A DNA stretch of 64,000 bases from the sequence record MT133560.1, one strand, 5' to 3'. The translations under genes and the position numbers were made by a program. This document shows positions 1 to 17,280 of this stretch, in pieces. The notes under the pieces were generated by a model that saw only the letters and a program-made list of their open reading frames with translations, was not told the DNA's origin and searched no databases. Numbering within the stretch: the stretch's first letter is position 1; every line of letters begins with the position of its first letter.

Positions 1-2
1 AC

Positions 3-1136
3 CATTACATGTGCAATGGTCAGCGTAAAATCATGTATGTGATCTGGTCACAGATTCACAATGAAATGGCTAAGCGTACTAAACGAGATCTGGATAATCG
101 ACCACACATTGAGTCATGTTTAGCTCATTATTTCTTCTGTCAGTTTGGAGTAACTCAAACTTTCAAACAATGGGCTAATGTAGATATTAAGTGTGGACTA
201 CTGTCTGATTTTCCTGAAGAAGAATATCCACGTGAAAAGTGGAATATTTATTCCAGTGCAACGTTAAAAGGCAAACATCCCACCGGTGAAATGGTTCTTG
301 TTATACCTCGTCATCAAGAATCTATTTTTGCTACACGACTTATCGCTGGTTTCTGGTATGTGGTCGATGCATTTCCAATGCGGTTTACTCGACCTGAATA
401 TGTAGATAGTACCAACTTATGGCGTGTTATCCTAGGTCACATGGTGTTTGGTGATTTTGAGCACCAAGGTAAAGTAGAGGAAAACATTGATTCACACCTA
501 CACAGTTTCTGTAATTCACTAGACGAAATGACTATTGAAGAACTTAAAACAGTTGGTGTCAATGTAAGTACTATTTGGGAACTTCTTTACGAGATCATGA
601 CTAGTTTGGCTCATCATCTTTATGCTACTGATATTGATGAAACTAGTATGTATGGTAAAAGGTTAACAGTACTACATTACTTGATGTCAGAGTTTAACTA
701 TGCTGTAAGTATGTTTGGCTATATGTTCCAGTCTAGGCGTGATCGTGAATGGACTGTGCAAGAGCTAAATGAAGGTTTAAAACGTTCCTTTAAACTACAG
801 ACAGCTATTAAACGATTAACAGTGGATCATGGTGAACTCGATACAATGAGTAATCCAAACTCCAGTATGTTGATTAAAGGGACATCTATCCTAGTTACAC
901 AGGATCGAGCTAAAACAGCTAAGGCGCATAATAAGTCTCTAATCAATGACTCATCTAGGATTATTCACGCATCTATCGCTGAGGTAGGTCAATATAAAAA
1001 CCAACCTAAGAATAACCCGGATGGTCGAGGTAGACTTAATATGTATACCAAAGTTGGTCCAACTGGACTAGTTGAACGTCGTGAAGAAGTACGTGAAATA
1101 ATTGACAATGCTCAGTTAATGTTCCGTGCAAAATAA
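3..1136 (+). CDS. gp123: Non-virion RNA polymerase beta-like subunit, N-terminal-half fragment (phiKZ gp123 equivalent), 5'-truncated by window
   Basis: Frame is open from the window edge. DSSRIIHASIAEVGQ...NPDGRGRLN resembles the RpoB R-x-x-H-x-S...G-R segment. Position fits the count back from gp131/gp144. Confidence 0.75.
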   Translation, partial: HYMCNGQRKIMYVIWSQIHNEMAKRTKRDLDNRPHIESCLAHYFFCQFGVTQTFKQWANVDIKCGLLSDFPEEEYPREKWNIYSSATLKGKHPTGEMVLVIPRHQESIFATRLIAGFWYVVDAFPMRFTRPEYVDSTNLWRVILGHMVFGDFEHQGKVEENIDSHLHSFCNSLDEMTIEELKTVGVNVSTIWELLYEIMTSLAHHLYATDIDETSMYGKRLTVLHYLMSEFNYAVSMFGYMFQSRRDREWTVQELNEGLKRSFKLQTAIKRLTVDHGELDTMSNPNSSMLIKGTSILVTQDRAKTAKAHNKSLINDSSRIIHASIAEVGQYKNQPKNNPDGRGRLNMYTKVGPTGLVERREEVREIIDNAQLMFRAK

Positions 1137-1171
1137 ATTAAATCTTTAACTACTTAATAGGTATTATTCAC

Positions 1172-3337
1172 ATGAACTATGCACAGTACAATCTACCTGT
1201 CGATTTTGAGAGTGTAGATACCAGTACTTTCGATCCTAACCTACCTAATGGGAATTATCTGTTTAGCCTACCGCTACAGTTATCACCACATCAACAACAT
1301 CCTCAACTACAACCATATTTCAATGGTGTAATTGGACTGTTCCGGCTGAATGCTCAAAATGCTGCTACTACCACCCAGCTTCATGCATTTGCGTATAATC
1401 TGCTATCTAGTAATGGTTTTCAGAATAACTATTATCAGCAGTGGGCTCAGAAAGTTATTGACTTTCTAGAGTTTCTATTTATTCATCGTCAAATGGTGAA
1501 CAACCCACAGCAGGCAATGCAGCAAGCTGCATCTCTAGTATGGTCTGGTTTTGTTGGTAAATGTGCTCAAACCTTCCCGCAGCTACAAAGTCTAGTTCAA
1601 CATCTAATGCCGAATATCCAACAGGCACTTGGTGTAATCGGACAGATTGAATCAGATATCCAAAAGATGCGTATGGGTGGCAACACCATGATGCAGGGTG
1701 GATATCAACAACCTGGTGTACAGCCTGGAGGTTTCCCTGGGATGGGTGCAGCAATGGGTCGTCCTGGCATGGGTTCACAACTACCTCCAATTAATGCAGG
1801 TATCCAACAGACCTATGGTCAACCGGCTACCATGACTAATCCACAGCTGAACATTCCAGGGGCATATACACCAACAACTAATCATGACACTGGTTCATCA
1901 ATTGCAAATGCCGCATATGACGTACCTGGTTCTTCTCCTTTCCTGGAAAATAAACCAGTCATGCAACCTAAAGACTCTTGGGGTGCCACTGTTGAAGTAT
2001 CTCCAAATAGTAGTTATGATACAATCCCTGGTGGAGGTGATGTAATGATTCTACCTGAACTACAACAAAATGCAAATACTGTAACTAATGATAATACGGA
2101 TCTACCCATCCCTCAAGATGTGAAAGAACTCGTATTCGATCCGAACTATTATGTACCCAATGGATTTGTAATTAATAAAGATCGTCCGATGGATGTTATC
2201 TATAATCCAGGTGGCATTGAAATCCGACCTGCTCATCTAGTTGCAGATAAACCTGATTGGGTACGTACTGCTAGTTCAGCTAATCCATACAGCATCCTAA
2301 TGGATCCGGCAGTATATTGTCGCTTCCTTGCTAAATGGCCTGATAACACTGTACATGAAGTATATCGTAAGTGGGAGAATCACATGGAAATGGATTATCT
2401 AAAGCATGAGCTTCAAGATGATCTCCGTCGTCAAGCACATCGTGGTGGTGGTGCGCGTACTGCAACCAGTTATAAGCTATCTACCATTATGGGTGATGCC
2501 AAACCGGTTAAAGAAGTAGCCGAAGAGTTTTCACCAAATGATGCTGGGTTAACTGATAATCGTGAACATGATCCAGTTATCCTAGAAGGTTATATTGCTT
2601 GTGCAAATAATCTTGAAGCAGAAGCTGGTGCACTCAATGCAGTTCGTGAAGCACTTGAGCTAAGCGAAGATGATGTAGTTCCAGCACATGAGTATCGCGC
2701 AGCATCATCCCATCCATTTGATGCTTCAACTGAAGTCATGTATGAGATCGAGGATATTCGAAAAGAACCCGATCCGCATCTAATTGCAAAGCGCCTTAAG
2801 CAACTAATGCTAGATGGTAAGCTGGCTCAACGCTACTATCGGTTCCTAGTTGAAAGGCTCACCAGTGCAGTTAATGAGTTCCTGGCTGATTCAATGAGTC
2901 AGAAGGTAACCATTGATGACTTCTGTGAAGATATCGGTGACCTTATCGCATATCTGATCGGTAAGAAGGGTAAGTCAGTAGCTGATAAATTTACCGCTAG
3001 TATTCCGTTTATTGTTGGACGGAGTATGTGTGTTAATATTGATCCAGAAGAAGGTAATTCTATTCTAGATCTATCAGTGCGTTTCCAAACTGGCTGGCGC
3101 CTTGAGGAACTATCCTGCCTAAATATTTATACCGAGAAAGCAGTGCTTATCAGTAAACTTACTGAACCTAAGATTACTCAAGTAATCATGGGAATGGCAA
3201 AGCGTCTAAATAGCTCTAAAGATTCAGATGATGCACGTACCCACAAAATGTACATTATCACTGCTGATGGATCTTATCTACAAGTTATTCGTGGCGCTCT
3301 TGTTGATAATGCTGTTCTACTTAAGCTTATCAAATAA
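1172..3337 (+). CDS. Hypothetical 721-aa protein with Q/G/P/M-rich low-complexity segment (gp124 position)
   Basis: Long ORF with upstream AGGT and a terminator right after the stop. Confidence 0.9.
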   Translation: MNYAQYNLPVDFESVDTSTFDPNLPNGNYLFSLPLQLSPHQQHPQLQPYFNGVIGLFRLNAQNAATTTQLHAFAYNLLSSNGFQNNYYQQWAQKVIDFLEFLFIHRQMVNNPQQAMQQAASLVWSGFVGKCAQTFPQLQSLVQHLMPNIQQALGVIGQIESDIQKMRMGGNTMMQGGYQQPGVQPGGFPGMGAAMGRPGMGSQLPPINAGIQQTYGQPATMTNPQLNIPGAYTPTTNHDTGSSIANAAYDVPGSSPFLENKPVMQPKDSWGATVEVSPNSSYDTIPGGGDVMILPELQQNANTVTNDNTDLPIPQDVKELVFDPNYYVPNGFVINKDRPMDVIYNPGGIEIRPAHLVADKPDWVRTASSANPYSILMDPAVYCRFLAKWPDNTVHEVYRKWENHMEMDYLKHELQDDLRRQAHRGGGARTATSYKLSTIMGDAKPVKEVAEEFSPNDAGLTDNREHDPVILEGYIACANNLEAEAGALNAVREALELSEDDVVPAHEYRAASSHPFDASTEVMYEIEDIRKEPDPHLIAKRLKQLMLDGKLAQRYYRFLVERLTSAVNEFLADSMSQKVTIDDFCEDIGDLIAYLIGKKGKSVADKFTASIPFIVGRSMCVNIDPEEGNSILDLSVRFQTGWRLEELSCLNIYTEKAVLISKLTEPKITQVIMGMAKRLNSSKDSDDARTHKMYIITADGSYLQVIRGALVDNAVLLKLIK

Positions 3338-3343
3338 GCATGA

Positions 3344-3365
3344 AAGCCCCTCTTCGGAGGGGCTT
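3344..3365 (+). terminator. Hairpin terminator with UUCG loop
   Basis: AAGCCCCTC-TTCG-GAGGGGCTT followed by ATTTATG, 7 nt after the stop. Confidence 0.85.
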
Positions 3366-3417
3366 ATTTATGAGTAATGTATAGTTTAATCAAATATTGT
3401 AAAAAAGGAGTAATACA

Positions 3418-4050
3418 ATGCTAGCTAAAATGAATAAATTCTTTAAAGAATTACTAAACAAAAATACGGTGAATATGGCAGGACTATTCGATGATGTGGT
3501 ATTGATGAATAGTTATAGTAACTATAAACCAGATTTTAATGACACTGTAGAAGTAAATACAAAATGTGATCTACCGGCAAATGGTAAAGTTCTAGTTCTA
3601 TATGTCGTTCAAGATACAATGGATATGTATATTTGGGATGGCCAACAATATCTTTCTTATAATCCATATTCCACTGAGCAATTAGCACCAATGATTGATG
3701 ACCCATCAGCATTTATTCCATCAACCAAAGCTAATACTTCTCTAAAAGTAACTTATGGTATCTGGGCGCTTAAGAAAGATCTAGAAACTATCCAGAAGTA
3801 TTCAATTGGAATGCACACTCTTCTTGATAAACATTCACTAGCACGAGTTAATGATAAGAATCCTATTAATAAGGTATTCTTCGAAACATGTCATAAAGCC
3901 CTATATACTGCACTTCGTGAATCATACAAAAACAATATGGTTAAACCACAAATCGCAGATGCAGTTACCAAGGAAGGATGTTGGTTTGGACGAGATCATC
4001 GATCTAATAAACTGTCATTTAAATGCGGTGAATTTAAGGTTGAATGGTAA
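3418..4050 (+). CDS. Hypothetical 210-aa protein (gp125 position)
   Basis: AAGGAG RBS upstream of ATG; ends at a convergent hairpin. Confidence 0.85.
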   Translation: MLAKMNKFFKELLNKNTVNMAGLFDDVVLMNSYSNYKPDFNDTVEVNTKCDLPANGKVLVLYVVQDTMDMYIWDGQQYLSYNPYSTEQLAPMIDDPSAFIPSTKANTSLKVTYGIWALKKDLETIQKYSIGMHTLLDKHSLARVNDKNPINKVFFETCHKALYTALRESYKNNMVKPQIADAVTKEGCWFGRDHRSNKLSFKCGEFKVEW

Positions 4051-4070
4051 TAATTAAGTAATGGCATAAA

Positions 4071-4092
4071 CCCCTCTCCGCATGGAGAGGGG
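4071..4092. terminator. Bidirectional hairpin terminator
   Basis: CCCCTCTCC-GCAT-GGAGAGGGG with GCATA/TATG flanks, between convergent genes. Confidence 0.85.
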
Positions 4093-4114
4093 CTATGTCT
4101 TTATTTTTTTTTAT

Positions 4115-4558
4115 TTAACTACTTTCAAATTCAAGAGTTACTGGTATTGTTGGTATCCACGACAAGTTATTAAAGTATGGATGTATCGTAACCGTATTCC
4201 CAGTAATAGGTTGCGGTTGTATCTCATCTATAATAAATGGAATACCGTAAACATCTCTTAATTTTTCAGCTACTTCTAAATTATCAGTATAGTCAGTTGG
4301 TTTACCCGGTACTTTTATACCAAGACAGTACTCTGGTAAAGAGCGTCTATTAAAGTAAATAACTGTCTCACCTTTAAAATAAAGTGAACTGGTCTTCGCT
4401 CTCATTGTTGTTTTGGCATTTGTACCAGTTGCTAAGAATGTATCAGTCCCTATAAATTCAACATCATCAACAGTTAAATCCCTAGGCTTACCATTATTAT
4501 CTTTAGGTTTATTAGCCACATTCCAAGCAGCTACTAATTCAGCTCTTGTATCAGCCAT
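4115..4558 (-). CDS. Virion structural protein (gp126 position), Y-x-R paralog family
   Basis: GAGG RBS; VIYFNRRSL motif shared with the neighbour; structural cluster. Confidence 0.7.
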   Translation of the reverse strand: MADTRAELVAAWNVANKPKDNNGKPRDLTVDDVEFIGTDTFLATGTNAKTTMRAKTSSLYFKGETVIYFNRRSLPEYCLGIKVPGKPTDYTDNLEVAEKLRDVYGIPFIIDEIQPQPITGNTVTIHPYFNNLSWIPTIPVTLEFESS

Positions 4559-4566
4559 TACACACC

Positions 4567-5442
<876 letters not shown>

Positions 5443-5449
5443 TCGCTCC

Positions 5450-7630
<2,181 letters not shown>

Positions 7631-7650
7631 TTACTCACTTTAAAATTTAG

Positions 7651-10341
<2,691 letters not shown>

Positions 10342-10361
10342 TAATTTCTAAACAACATAAT

Positions 10362-10382
10362 GCCCTCCCATTACGGGAGGGC
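10362..10382. terminator. Bidirectional hairpin terminator (GCCCTCCC family)
   Basis: GCCCTCCC-ATTAC-GGGAGGGC with CATAA/TTATG flanks; identical to copies at 50641 and 55149. Confidence 0.9.
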
Positions 10383-10390
10383 TTATGACG

Positions 10391-11674
<1,284 letters not shown>

Positions 11675-11706
11675 CTATTAGTCTCCATGGAATGATTGGA
11701 CAATCC

Positions 11707-11710
11707 TATG
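11707..11710 (+). promoter_or_regulatory. Candidate late (nvRNAP) promoter TATG
   Basis: TATG in the divergent intergenic region 62 nt upstream of gp131. A 4-mer is weak evidence by itself. Confidence 0.4.
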
Positions 11711-11771
11711 TGAATTTCACATCATTACGCTAACAAATTGCGCAATAGCGTTTTATTAAAGGAGGGCAACC

Positions 11772-14087
11772 ATGGCCCACGGTGAAACTGGGTTATATCC
11801 ATTCGACCTCAATGGAACAAATCCCCAGAACTTTATTAAAGGTGAGCGCCAAACTCTCCAGGTACCAGATGGTGATGATTATTATTTCATTATACCATTT
11901 GCTGCACCTTTCTTTGTAGATTCATTACGACTATTTAACCCACTGACCAATCAGACTTATGTAGAAGGTGTTGATTACCTTATTGGACATTGGTTTATTG
12001 AAGCTATGGAATCGATAGGTAGACCTATCGCTGGATCTATACGTATCATGAAGCGTTCGATAAACGCTATGATTGGTATGGATTATCGTACAATAGGTGG
12101 GCAATGGGGATTTAGTAATCAGCAGATCCTGGCTGAGCTTGCACGCAAACAGTATAACCCCTTGATTCGGTCATGGGGTGCAATTGGTCCATTACCTGCT
12201 TCTTTCCCACCTTTAGAACACAATCAACCTATTGATTCATTAGTAGGTAGTAAAGAGATTCTTGAAGGTATCGAAGGGATTATAGAAGCTATCCGTGCTG
12301 CGGCTGCCGGTACAACTGACCAACATATTCATGATTATAATAACCCACACAGGGTAACTAAAGCACAAGTTGGCTTGTCACTAGTTCCAAACTATGCAAT
12401 GGCAAGTGATCAACAGCATTTAGATGCTAATCGTAATGACCTATTTACGAACCCACGTGGTACATTAGCATTAGTTAATAAGTTTGCCGTAAATCCGCTT
12501 AATGACCACATAGCGGCTAGGGGTAACGTACACGGTCTAACAGCTACTGATATTAATTTAGGTAATGTTCCTAACTATCCAGCTGCAACACCAACTACCG
12601 CGGTAGATGTAACTAATGATTCGGTATTATTAACACCTTATACTGCATCTATTCTCTATAGTCAGATTGGTGATGCTTCTAGAATTAATGAACTAGAAGA
12701 GAAACTTAATCAACATATTAGTAATGAAAATAACCCACACGTTGTAACTGCCGACCAGGTTAATGCATATACTAAAACACAAGTTGATCAACTACTGGCA
12801 GGACTAGGTGGTGGTGATGCTTCTACCTTTGGTGGATTAACACCTGAGCAATGGAAAGATGAATTCCCATCATTCGGTGATATTGAAAGGATGGCAGCTG
12901 GATATAACGCTAACTGGGATGATGTACAATTAAAGATAGATACATTACCAGTTATTGTGGATGATACTAGTGAATATGACCGGATGGAATTAATTCAAGG
13001 TGTCATGGCAGGTTTCCATGCTTATGCTGGATTTAATAGTTGGTGGGATTGTACAATTGTCAGAGATGACTGTGTAGTCCATCCTAAATCGCCAGCTAAC
13101 CCTTATGCTGTTATACCAGAGCGTTTAGGATATGCTCAGGAATCTTGGGTGTCTCACCGATATGGTCAGTATTGGGTAGAAAATGGTGTAGTCAAGTCAG
13201 CATGTATCGATGAAACTAAAGTCGATGAGATGATACCAATTCCAGTAGAATGGACTGCACCTATAGATGGGAATATTCCTTCGAGTATCTGGGCGAATAA
13301 AACATCTCTGTATATGTTAACAGGTAAGTTCATCTTTAGTTCAACAGGCGAATCAGCTATCTTTGAGCACCAAGATCTTTATCGTTGTGTTAAAGGTGGT
13401 ACATCTGAACTATTAGTACCTGCTGCTAATAAACCATGGGCTCTATTTACCAATACTGAAGATACCTACCCTGGTGAAATGACAGTTGTTGTAAACATAG
13501 GTCCAGATAGCAGCGCTGATTATGTATATACAGCTTATGGTATCCCAAGCTTCGTTAGTGCTTTTAATGATTTTGTCAACAACACAATTAAACCATTGAA
13601 TCATGTTATTGATTCAATGTCAATTGGTTGCACCCACATCATCATGCATTCAATAGACCCATTAGTTGCTCCTGACGATTACACATCTGAATCTAGTAAA
13701 GTACATGTCATGGAAATCATCCGCAATGGTAATGATACATCCTTTACGGTTATCACGCCATTATGGTTCGATGGACGTGGTAACGATGTAACTGCTAATG
13801 TATATAGTAACCCAATTGGTGGTGTATCAGGATTGTATACACATTACACTGTGATGTATGGTAATGGCCAAATCGCTTTCTTTGGAAATAACGATGAAGG
13901 GCAATGTGACGTAGATGATCATGCTGGACCATATATTCAATTGGCAGCTGGGCATAATTTCACTGTGACGGTAAATACTTTGAATCAAGTCATGTTTTGG
14001 GGAGATTCACCTGATAACTCCTTATTATGGAATGGCAGGGGTACACGTGTGAAACATATTGAACCAACTCCACCCACTGGTCCATAA
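11772..14087 (+). CDS. gp131: Baseplate/tail-fibre-associated protein gp131 with C-terminal beta-propeller
   Basis: 771 aa as in phiKZ gp131; three H-x5-N-[PV]-H repeats; RCC1-like G-x-N-x-x-GQ and AAG-x-x-F-T strands at the C-terminus; AAGGAGG RBS. Confidence 0.85.
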   Translation: MAHGETGLYPFDLNGTNPQNFIKGERQTLQVPDGDDYYFIIPFAAPFFVDSLRLFNPLTNQTYVEGVDYLIGHWFIEAMESIGRPIAGSIRIMKRSINAMIGMDYRTIGGQWGFSNQQILAELARKQYNPLIRSWGAIGPLPASFPPLEHNQPIDSLVGSKEILEGIEGIIEAIRAAAAGTTDQHIHDYNNPHRVTKAQVGLSLVPNYAMASDQQHLDANRNDLFTNPRGTLALVNKFAVNPLNDHIAARGNVHGLTATDINLGNVPNYPAATPTTAVDVTNDSVLLTPYTASILYSQIGDASRINELEEKLNQHISNENNPHVVTADQVNAYTKTQVDQLLAGLGGGDASTFGGLTPEQWKDEFPSFGDIERMAAGYNANWDDVQLKIDTLPVIVDDTSEYDRMELIQGVMAGFHAYAGFNSWWDCTIVRDDCVVHPKSPANPYAVIPERLGYAQESWVSHRYGQYWVENGVVKSACIDETKVDEMIPIPVEWTAPIDGNIPSSIWANKTSLYMLTGKFIFSSTGESAIFEHQDLYRCVKGGTSELLVPAANKPWALFTNTEDTYPGEMTVVVNIGPDSSADYVYTAYGIPSFVSAFNDFVNNTIKPLNHVIDSMSIGCTHIIMHSIDPLVAPDDYTSESSKVHVMEIIRNGNDTSFTVITPLWFDGRGNDVTANVYSNPIGGVSGLYTHYTVMYGNGQIAFFGNNDEGQCDVDDHAGPYIQLAAGHNFTVTVNTLNQVMFWGDSPDNSLLWNGRGTRVKHIEPTPPTGP

Positions 14088-14099
14088 GAGGATTTAAAA

Positions 14100-14432
14100 A
14101 TGGCAGAAGTTACACGTCAAGAGATGGATGCTCAAATAAATGCTTCTATTAGTAATCAAGGCTTATTTACTAAGGCAGTCCTTAATAAATTCATAGCCGT
14201 TATTAATAGGATCAATGGGCATATTGCAGCTAGAGGTAACCCACATAATCTGCAACCATCAGATATTGGTCTTGGTAATGTGGCTAACTATCGTCCAGCT
14301 ACTAAGAAGCGTGCACAAGAAGGTTTCAATAACACTACGTACATGACTCCTAAACGGACAGATGATTATAATCGAGTGCACATATACGGTCCACTTGCGA
14401 AATTATTTAATGACGCAGCAGACCGTCTATAA
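14100..14432 (+). CDS. Small gp131-family paralog (gp132 position)
   Basis: HIAARGNPHNLQPSDIGLGNVANY repeat, nearly the same as gp131 repeat 2. Confidence 0.8.
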   Translation: MAEVTRQEMDAQINASISNQGLFTKAVLNKFIAVINRINGHIAARGNPHNLQPSDIGLGNVANYRPATKKRAQEGFNNTTYMTPKRTDDYNRVHIYGPLAKLFNDAADRL

Positions 14433-14448
14433 ACATCTGACCCGGCAT

Positions 14449-14477
14449 AAGAGACACAGCCAAAAGCTGTGTCTCTT
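14449..14477 (+). terminator. Intrinsic terminator
   Basis: AAGAGACACAGC-CAAAA-GCTGTGTCTCTT followed by TTT. Confidence 0.85.
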
Positions 14478-14506
14478 TTTGCTGTTTCAGTTAAAAGGTA
14501 TTTCTT

Positions 14507-15895
14507 ATGTATAATCCTATTTTACAATTACCATTTGATCCATTAGGTACAAATCCAGATTGTTTCATTGGTAGCGAACCACATACTCTAGTTCAGTATC
14601 AGGGATTCGACTATAGAATCATCAAGTTATATCATGGTGGATTCTATACAAAAGGGTTAGAAGTTTATGATGGTAAATATAATCGTTTAGTTAAAGATAT
14701 TGATTATATTGTTACTTATTATCACAAAGATGCTAGTGCGTATGTCGGTCAAGAAATATGTTCAGCAATTGTTTTCTTAAAAACACCTAGTACACCAATA
14801 GTGTATACTTCAGCTCACATGGTAGGCGGTGATCTAGCGTTTAGTTTCACAGTTATCGACGATTATATTAACTGGTGGAAAACAAATGGTAAGCCAAAGC
14901 CAAAAGATCTCGACTACACTGGTAACGAACCATATTGGAAAGACGGTGAGTTGGTTGGCGAACGATGGCATCTTGATACGTATCAGCCTTACAATAATGA
15001 GATGGAGTGGATAACACAAGCACTCATGGCTGGTGATACAAATGGTGAAGATGACTATCGTAGTAAAGTTAAAGAAATCTATGATGAATTCTTAAAGAAA
15101 TTTAATGATCGGCTAGAAAAGCATATTCAAGATAAAGCCAATCCGCACAAGATCACTCCAACCAATGTGGAACTAGGTTTAGTTAATAACTTCCCATTAG
15201 CTACTCCAGCCATTGCTCAACTAGGTCAATCCAATGCGCATTATCTAACACCACAATTAGCATATGGTGTATTAGATGAAATAGCTATAAAACCACTCAA
15301 TGCTCACATAGCACGTCGAGATAATCCACATAAAGTCAAAAATACACATGTACAGTCGTATTTGAAAAGTGATTTCGATGCACGAATTACTGGTAAGTAT
15401 TTAAAGACCGATACGGTAGCTAATACTAATATGGTTTATTATAAACCTAAAGGGCAACCTACTGCTACTTTAATGGGTTATAGCGATCTTATTTGGTGGA
15501 TGCGTAAGAACTTTGACACTGATGTGAACTTTACAGCTGGTGATGGCCAGAGTAATGTCATCAATATAAATCGGATTGGTTCCGGTACAATGGGACAATG
15601 GAAAGCACCACTCCGTGGGAATGGTATATTTACACATTTTGATCAATTAGCCACAGAGTATTCATTTCCGGTTAAGTTAAAGTTTTATGCACTAGGATTA
15701 CAACCATCCGTGCAAGCAGCATTAGATTTCTGTAGAACTAACTTTACTAATCTAGATACATGGCCTATTGGATCTACTGTATTCTTTACTATTAAAGAAC
15801 AGAAAATCCAGGCAGCTGGTAACGGATTGATTTTCGTTGATTATACTCCTAACTACGTGTGTTTCCGTTCACAAGGTGGCTGGGTAATTCCATAA
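14507..15895 (+). CDS. gp131-family tail fibre/baseplate protein (gp133 position)
   Basis: Shared N-terminal P-F-D-x-x-G...E-x-H domain and two NPH repeats. Confidence 0.8.
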   Translation: MYNPILQLPFDPLGTNPDCFIGSEPHTLVQYQGFDYRIIKLYHGGFYTKGLEVYDGKYNRLVKDIDYIVTYYHKDASAYVGQEICSAIVFLKTPSTPIVYTSAHMVGGDLAFSFTVIDDYINWWKTNGKPKPKDLDYTGNEPYWKDGELVGERWHLDTYQPYNNEMEWITQALMAGDTNGEDDYRSKVKEIYDEFLKKFNDRLEKHIQDKANPHKITPTNVELGLVNNFPLATPAIAQLGQSNAHYLTPQLAYGVLDEIAIKPLNAHIARRDNPHKVKNTHVQSYLKSDFDARITGKYLKTDTVANTNMVYYKPKGQPTATLMGYSDLIWWMRKNFDTDVNFTAGDGQSNVININRIGSGTMGQWKAPLRGNGIFTHFDQLATEYSFPVKLKFYALGLQPSVQAALDFCRTNFTNLDTWPIGSTVFFTIKEQKIQAAGNGLIFVDYTPNYVCFRSQGGWVIP

Positions 15896-15906
15896 GGATA
15901 GTTTAG

Positions 15907-17280
15907 ATGAATCCATTACTTTTACCTCTTCCATTTGATGAAACTGGAGAGAGTTATAGTAACCGAACAAAGGGTGAATACCATTCACTAGCAAAACAGA
16001 AAGGATTCCCCTATCGCATCATCGTGATGGATAAGGGTTACTTTTACACTAAAGGAATGGTTATCAGAGATGGTAGGCAGAATGAGTTAAATCCAGAAAT
16101 GGATTATCAGTGTACTGGTATTAATCCAGAAGTAATCGAGAAGACTGGACTTGAAGCGTGTTCAGTAATTGTTATTACAAAACAAGATGTCCACGAGGAT
16201 ATTTACATTGATGCTCAGATGTGCGGTGGTATATACTGTAACCTTGCCCCTTCCATATCTGAGCATGCTAACGCTCTTTTAAATAATACCCGTAAACCAC
16301 ATTGGTCTAATATTTTAGATATTCCTGACCAATTTAAACCTAATGGACATATGCATGCCTATTGGGAACTTTATGGTTTTACGCCTAGAGTTGTTAAGTT
16401 AAAAGAAATAACTGACTTATTAAAGAAAAGCTCATCAGACTCATATGACTCCATTTTAGATGAGTTTAAATATCAGTTAAGTCTAATAGAAGCTGATCTT
16501 AATACAATTGAAGCACGACTTACTACACACATCAATGATACCACCACTAACCCACACCAGACACGTAAAGGGCAAGTGGCATTAGGTAATGTTTATAATG
16601 CTGGCATTGCAACTGAAACACAAGCCAAACAGCCAAATGGCGCTATCATGAATGTCTATGCTACGCCATGGTCAATGAAGTTATCAGTTGATACCAATTA
16701 TACAGTTCAATATCTGGCACACGTTAATGATGTCACCACTAACCCACACAGGGTAACGGCTGAACAATTAAATACGTATACTGTTACTCAAGCTAATATT
16801 TTACTAAATCAAAAATTAGATAAAGGTAAAACAGCCAATACGTCTAAACTTTTATTTGGTCAAGATGTTTATAGCATGGGTGAAACAGTACGTGCTAAAA
16901 TGCCTTTAAGTGTATTGACGACTGGTCGACTAGCACCTGGTAGGATTGGTAATTCAGCTACCTGGCCAGGCCGTGATTGGACATTGATGCCTAATGGTCA
17001 ATGGACTCATTTCGGTTTTATATTTAATCGCTTCCAAAAAACAGGAACGATGGTCCACTGGAATAACACCAACTTTAAGTCTATTCAAGAAGCAATTGCT
17101 TTCCATAACACATACTTCTCAGATCCTGAACAATGGTGGCCTGGTTCGTTAGCTATTTGCCATTACGAACAAGAATTCGTTATTGGACATGGCAATGGTA
17201 CAACAGCTACTTCCTATAGGAATACTCTATTCCTACGTAAAGTTGGATCAACGTGGACTAATATAGGGGAACCGGCATAA
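15907..17280 (+). CDS. gp131-family tail fibre/baseplate protein (gp134 position)
   Basis: Same architecture as neighbours; two NPH repeats. Confidence 0.8.
   Translation: MNPLLLPLPFDETGESYSNRTKGEYHSLAKQKGFPYRIIVMDKGYFYTKGMVIRDGRQNELNPEMDYQCTGINPEVIEKTGLEACSVIVITKQDVHEDIYIDAQMCGGIYCNLAPSISEHANALLNNTRKPHWSNILDIPDQFKPNGHMHAYWELYGFTPRVVKLKEITDLLKKSSSDSYDSILDEFKYQLSLIEADLNTIEARLTTHINDTTTNPHQTRKGQVALGNVYNAGIATETQAKQPNGAIMNVYATPWSMKLSVDTNYTVQYLAHVNDVTTNPHRVTAEQLNTYTVTQANILLNQKLDKGKTANTSKLLFGQDVYSMGETVRAKMPLSVLTTGRLAPGRIGNSATWPGRDWTLMPNGQWTHFGFIFNRFQKTGTMVHWNNTNFKSIQEAIAFHNTYFSDPEQWWPGSLAICHYEQEFVIGHGNGTTATSYRNTLFLRKVGSTWTNIGEPA

Noticed and set aside
1479-1790. 103-aa antisense ORF
   Set aside because: Antisense to the Q-rich region of a long gene; no translation signals.
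3851-4057. 68-aa alternative-frame ORF overlapping the gp125-position gene
   Set aside because: No RBS, almost fully nested, and no recognisable features.
11708-11722. ATGTGAATTTCACAT palindrome resembling a CRP/Vfr site
   Set aside because: The spacer between TGTGA and TCACA is 3 nt rather than 6; more likely a small hairpin at the transcript start.
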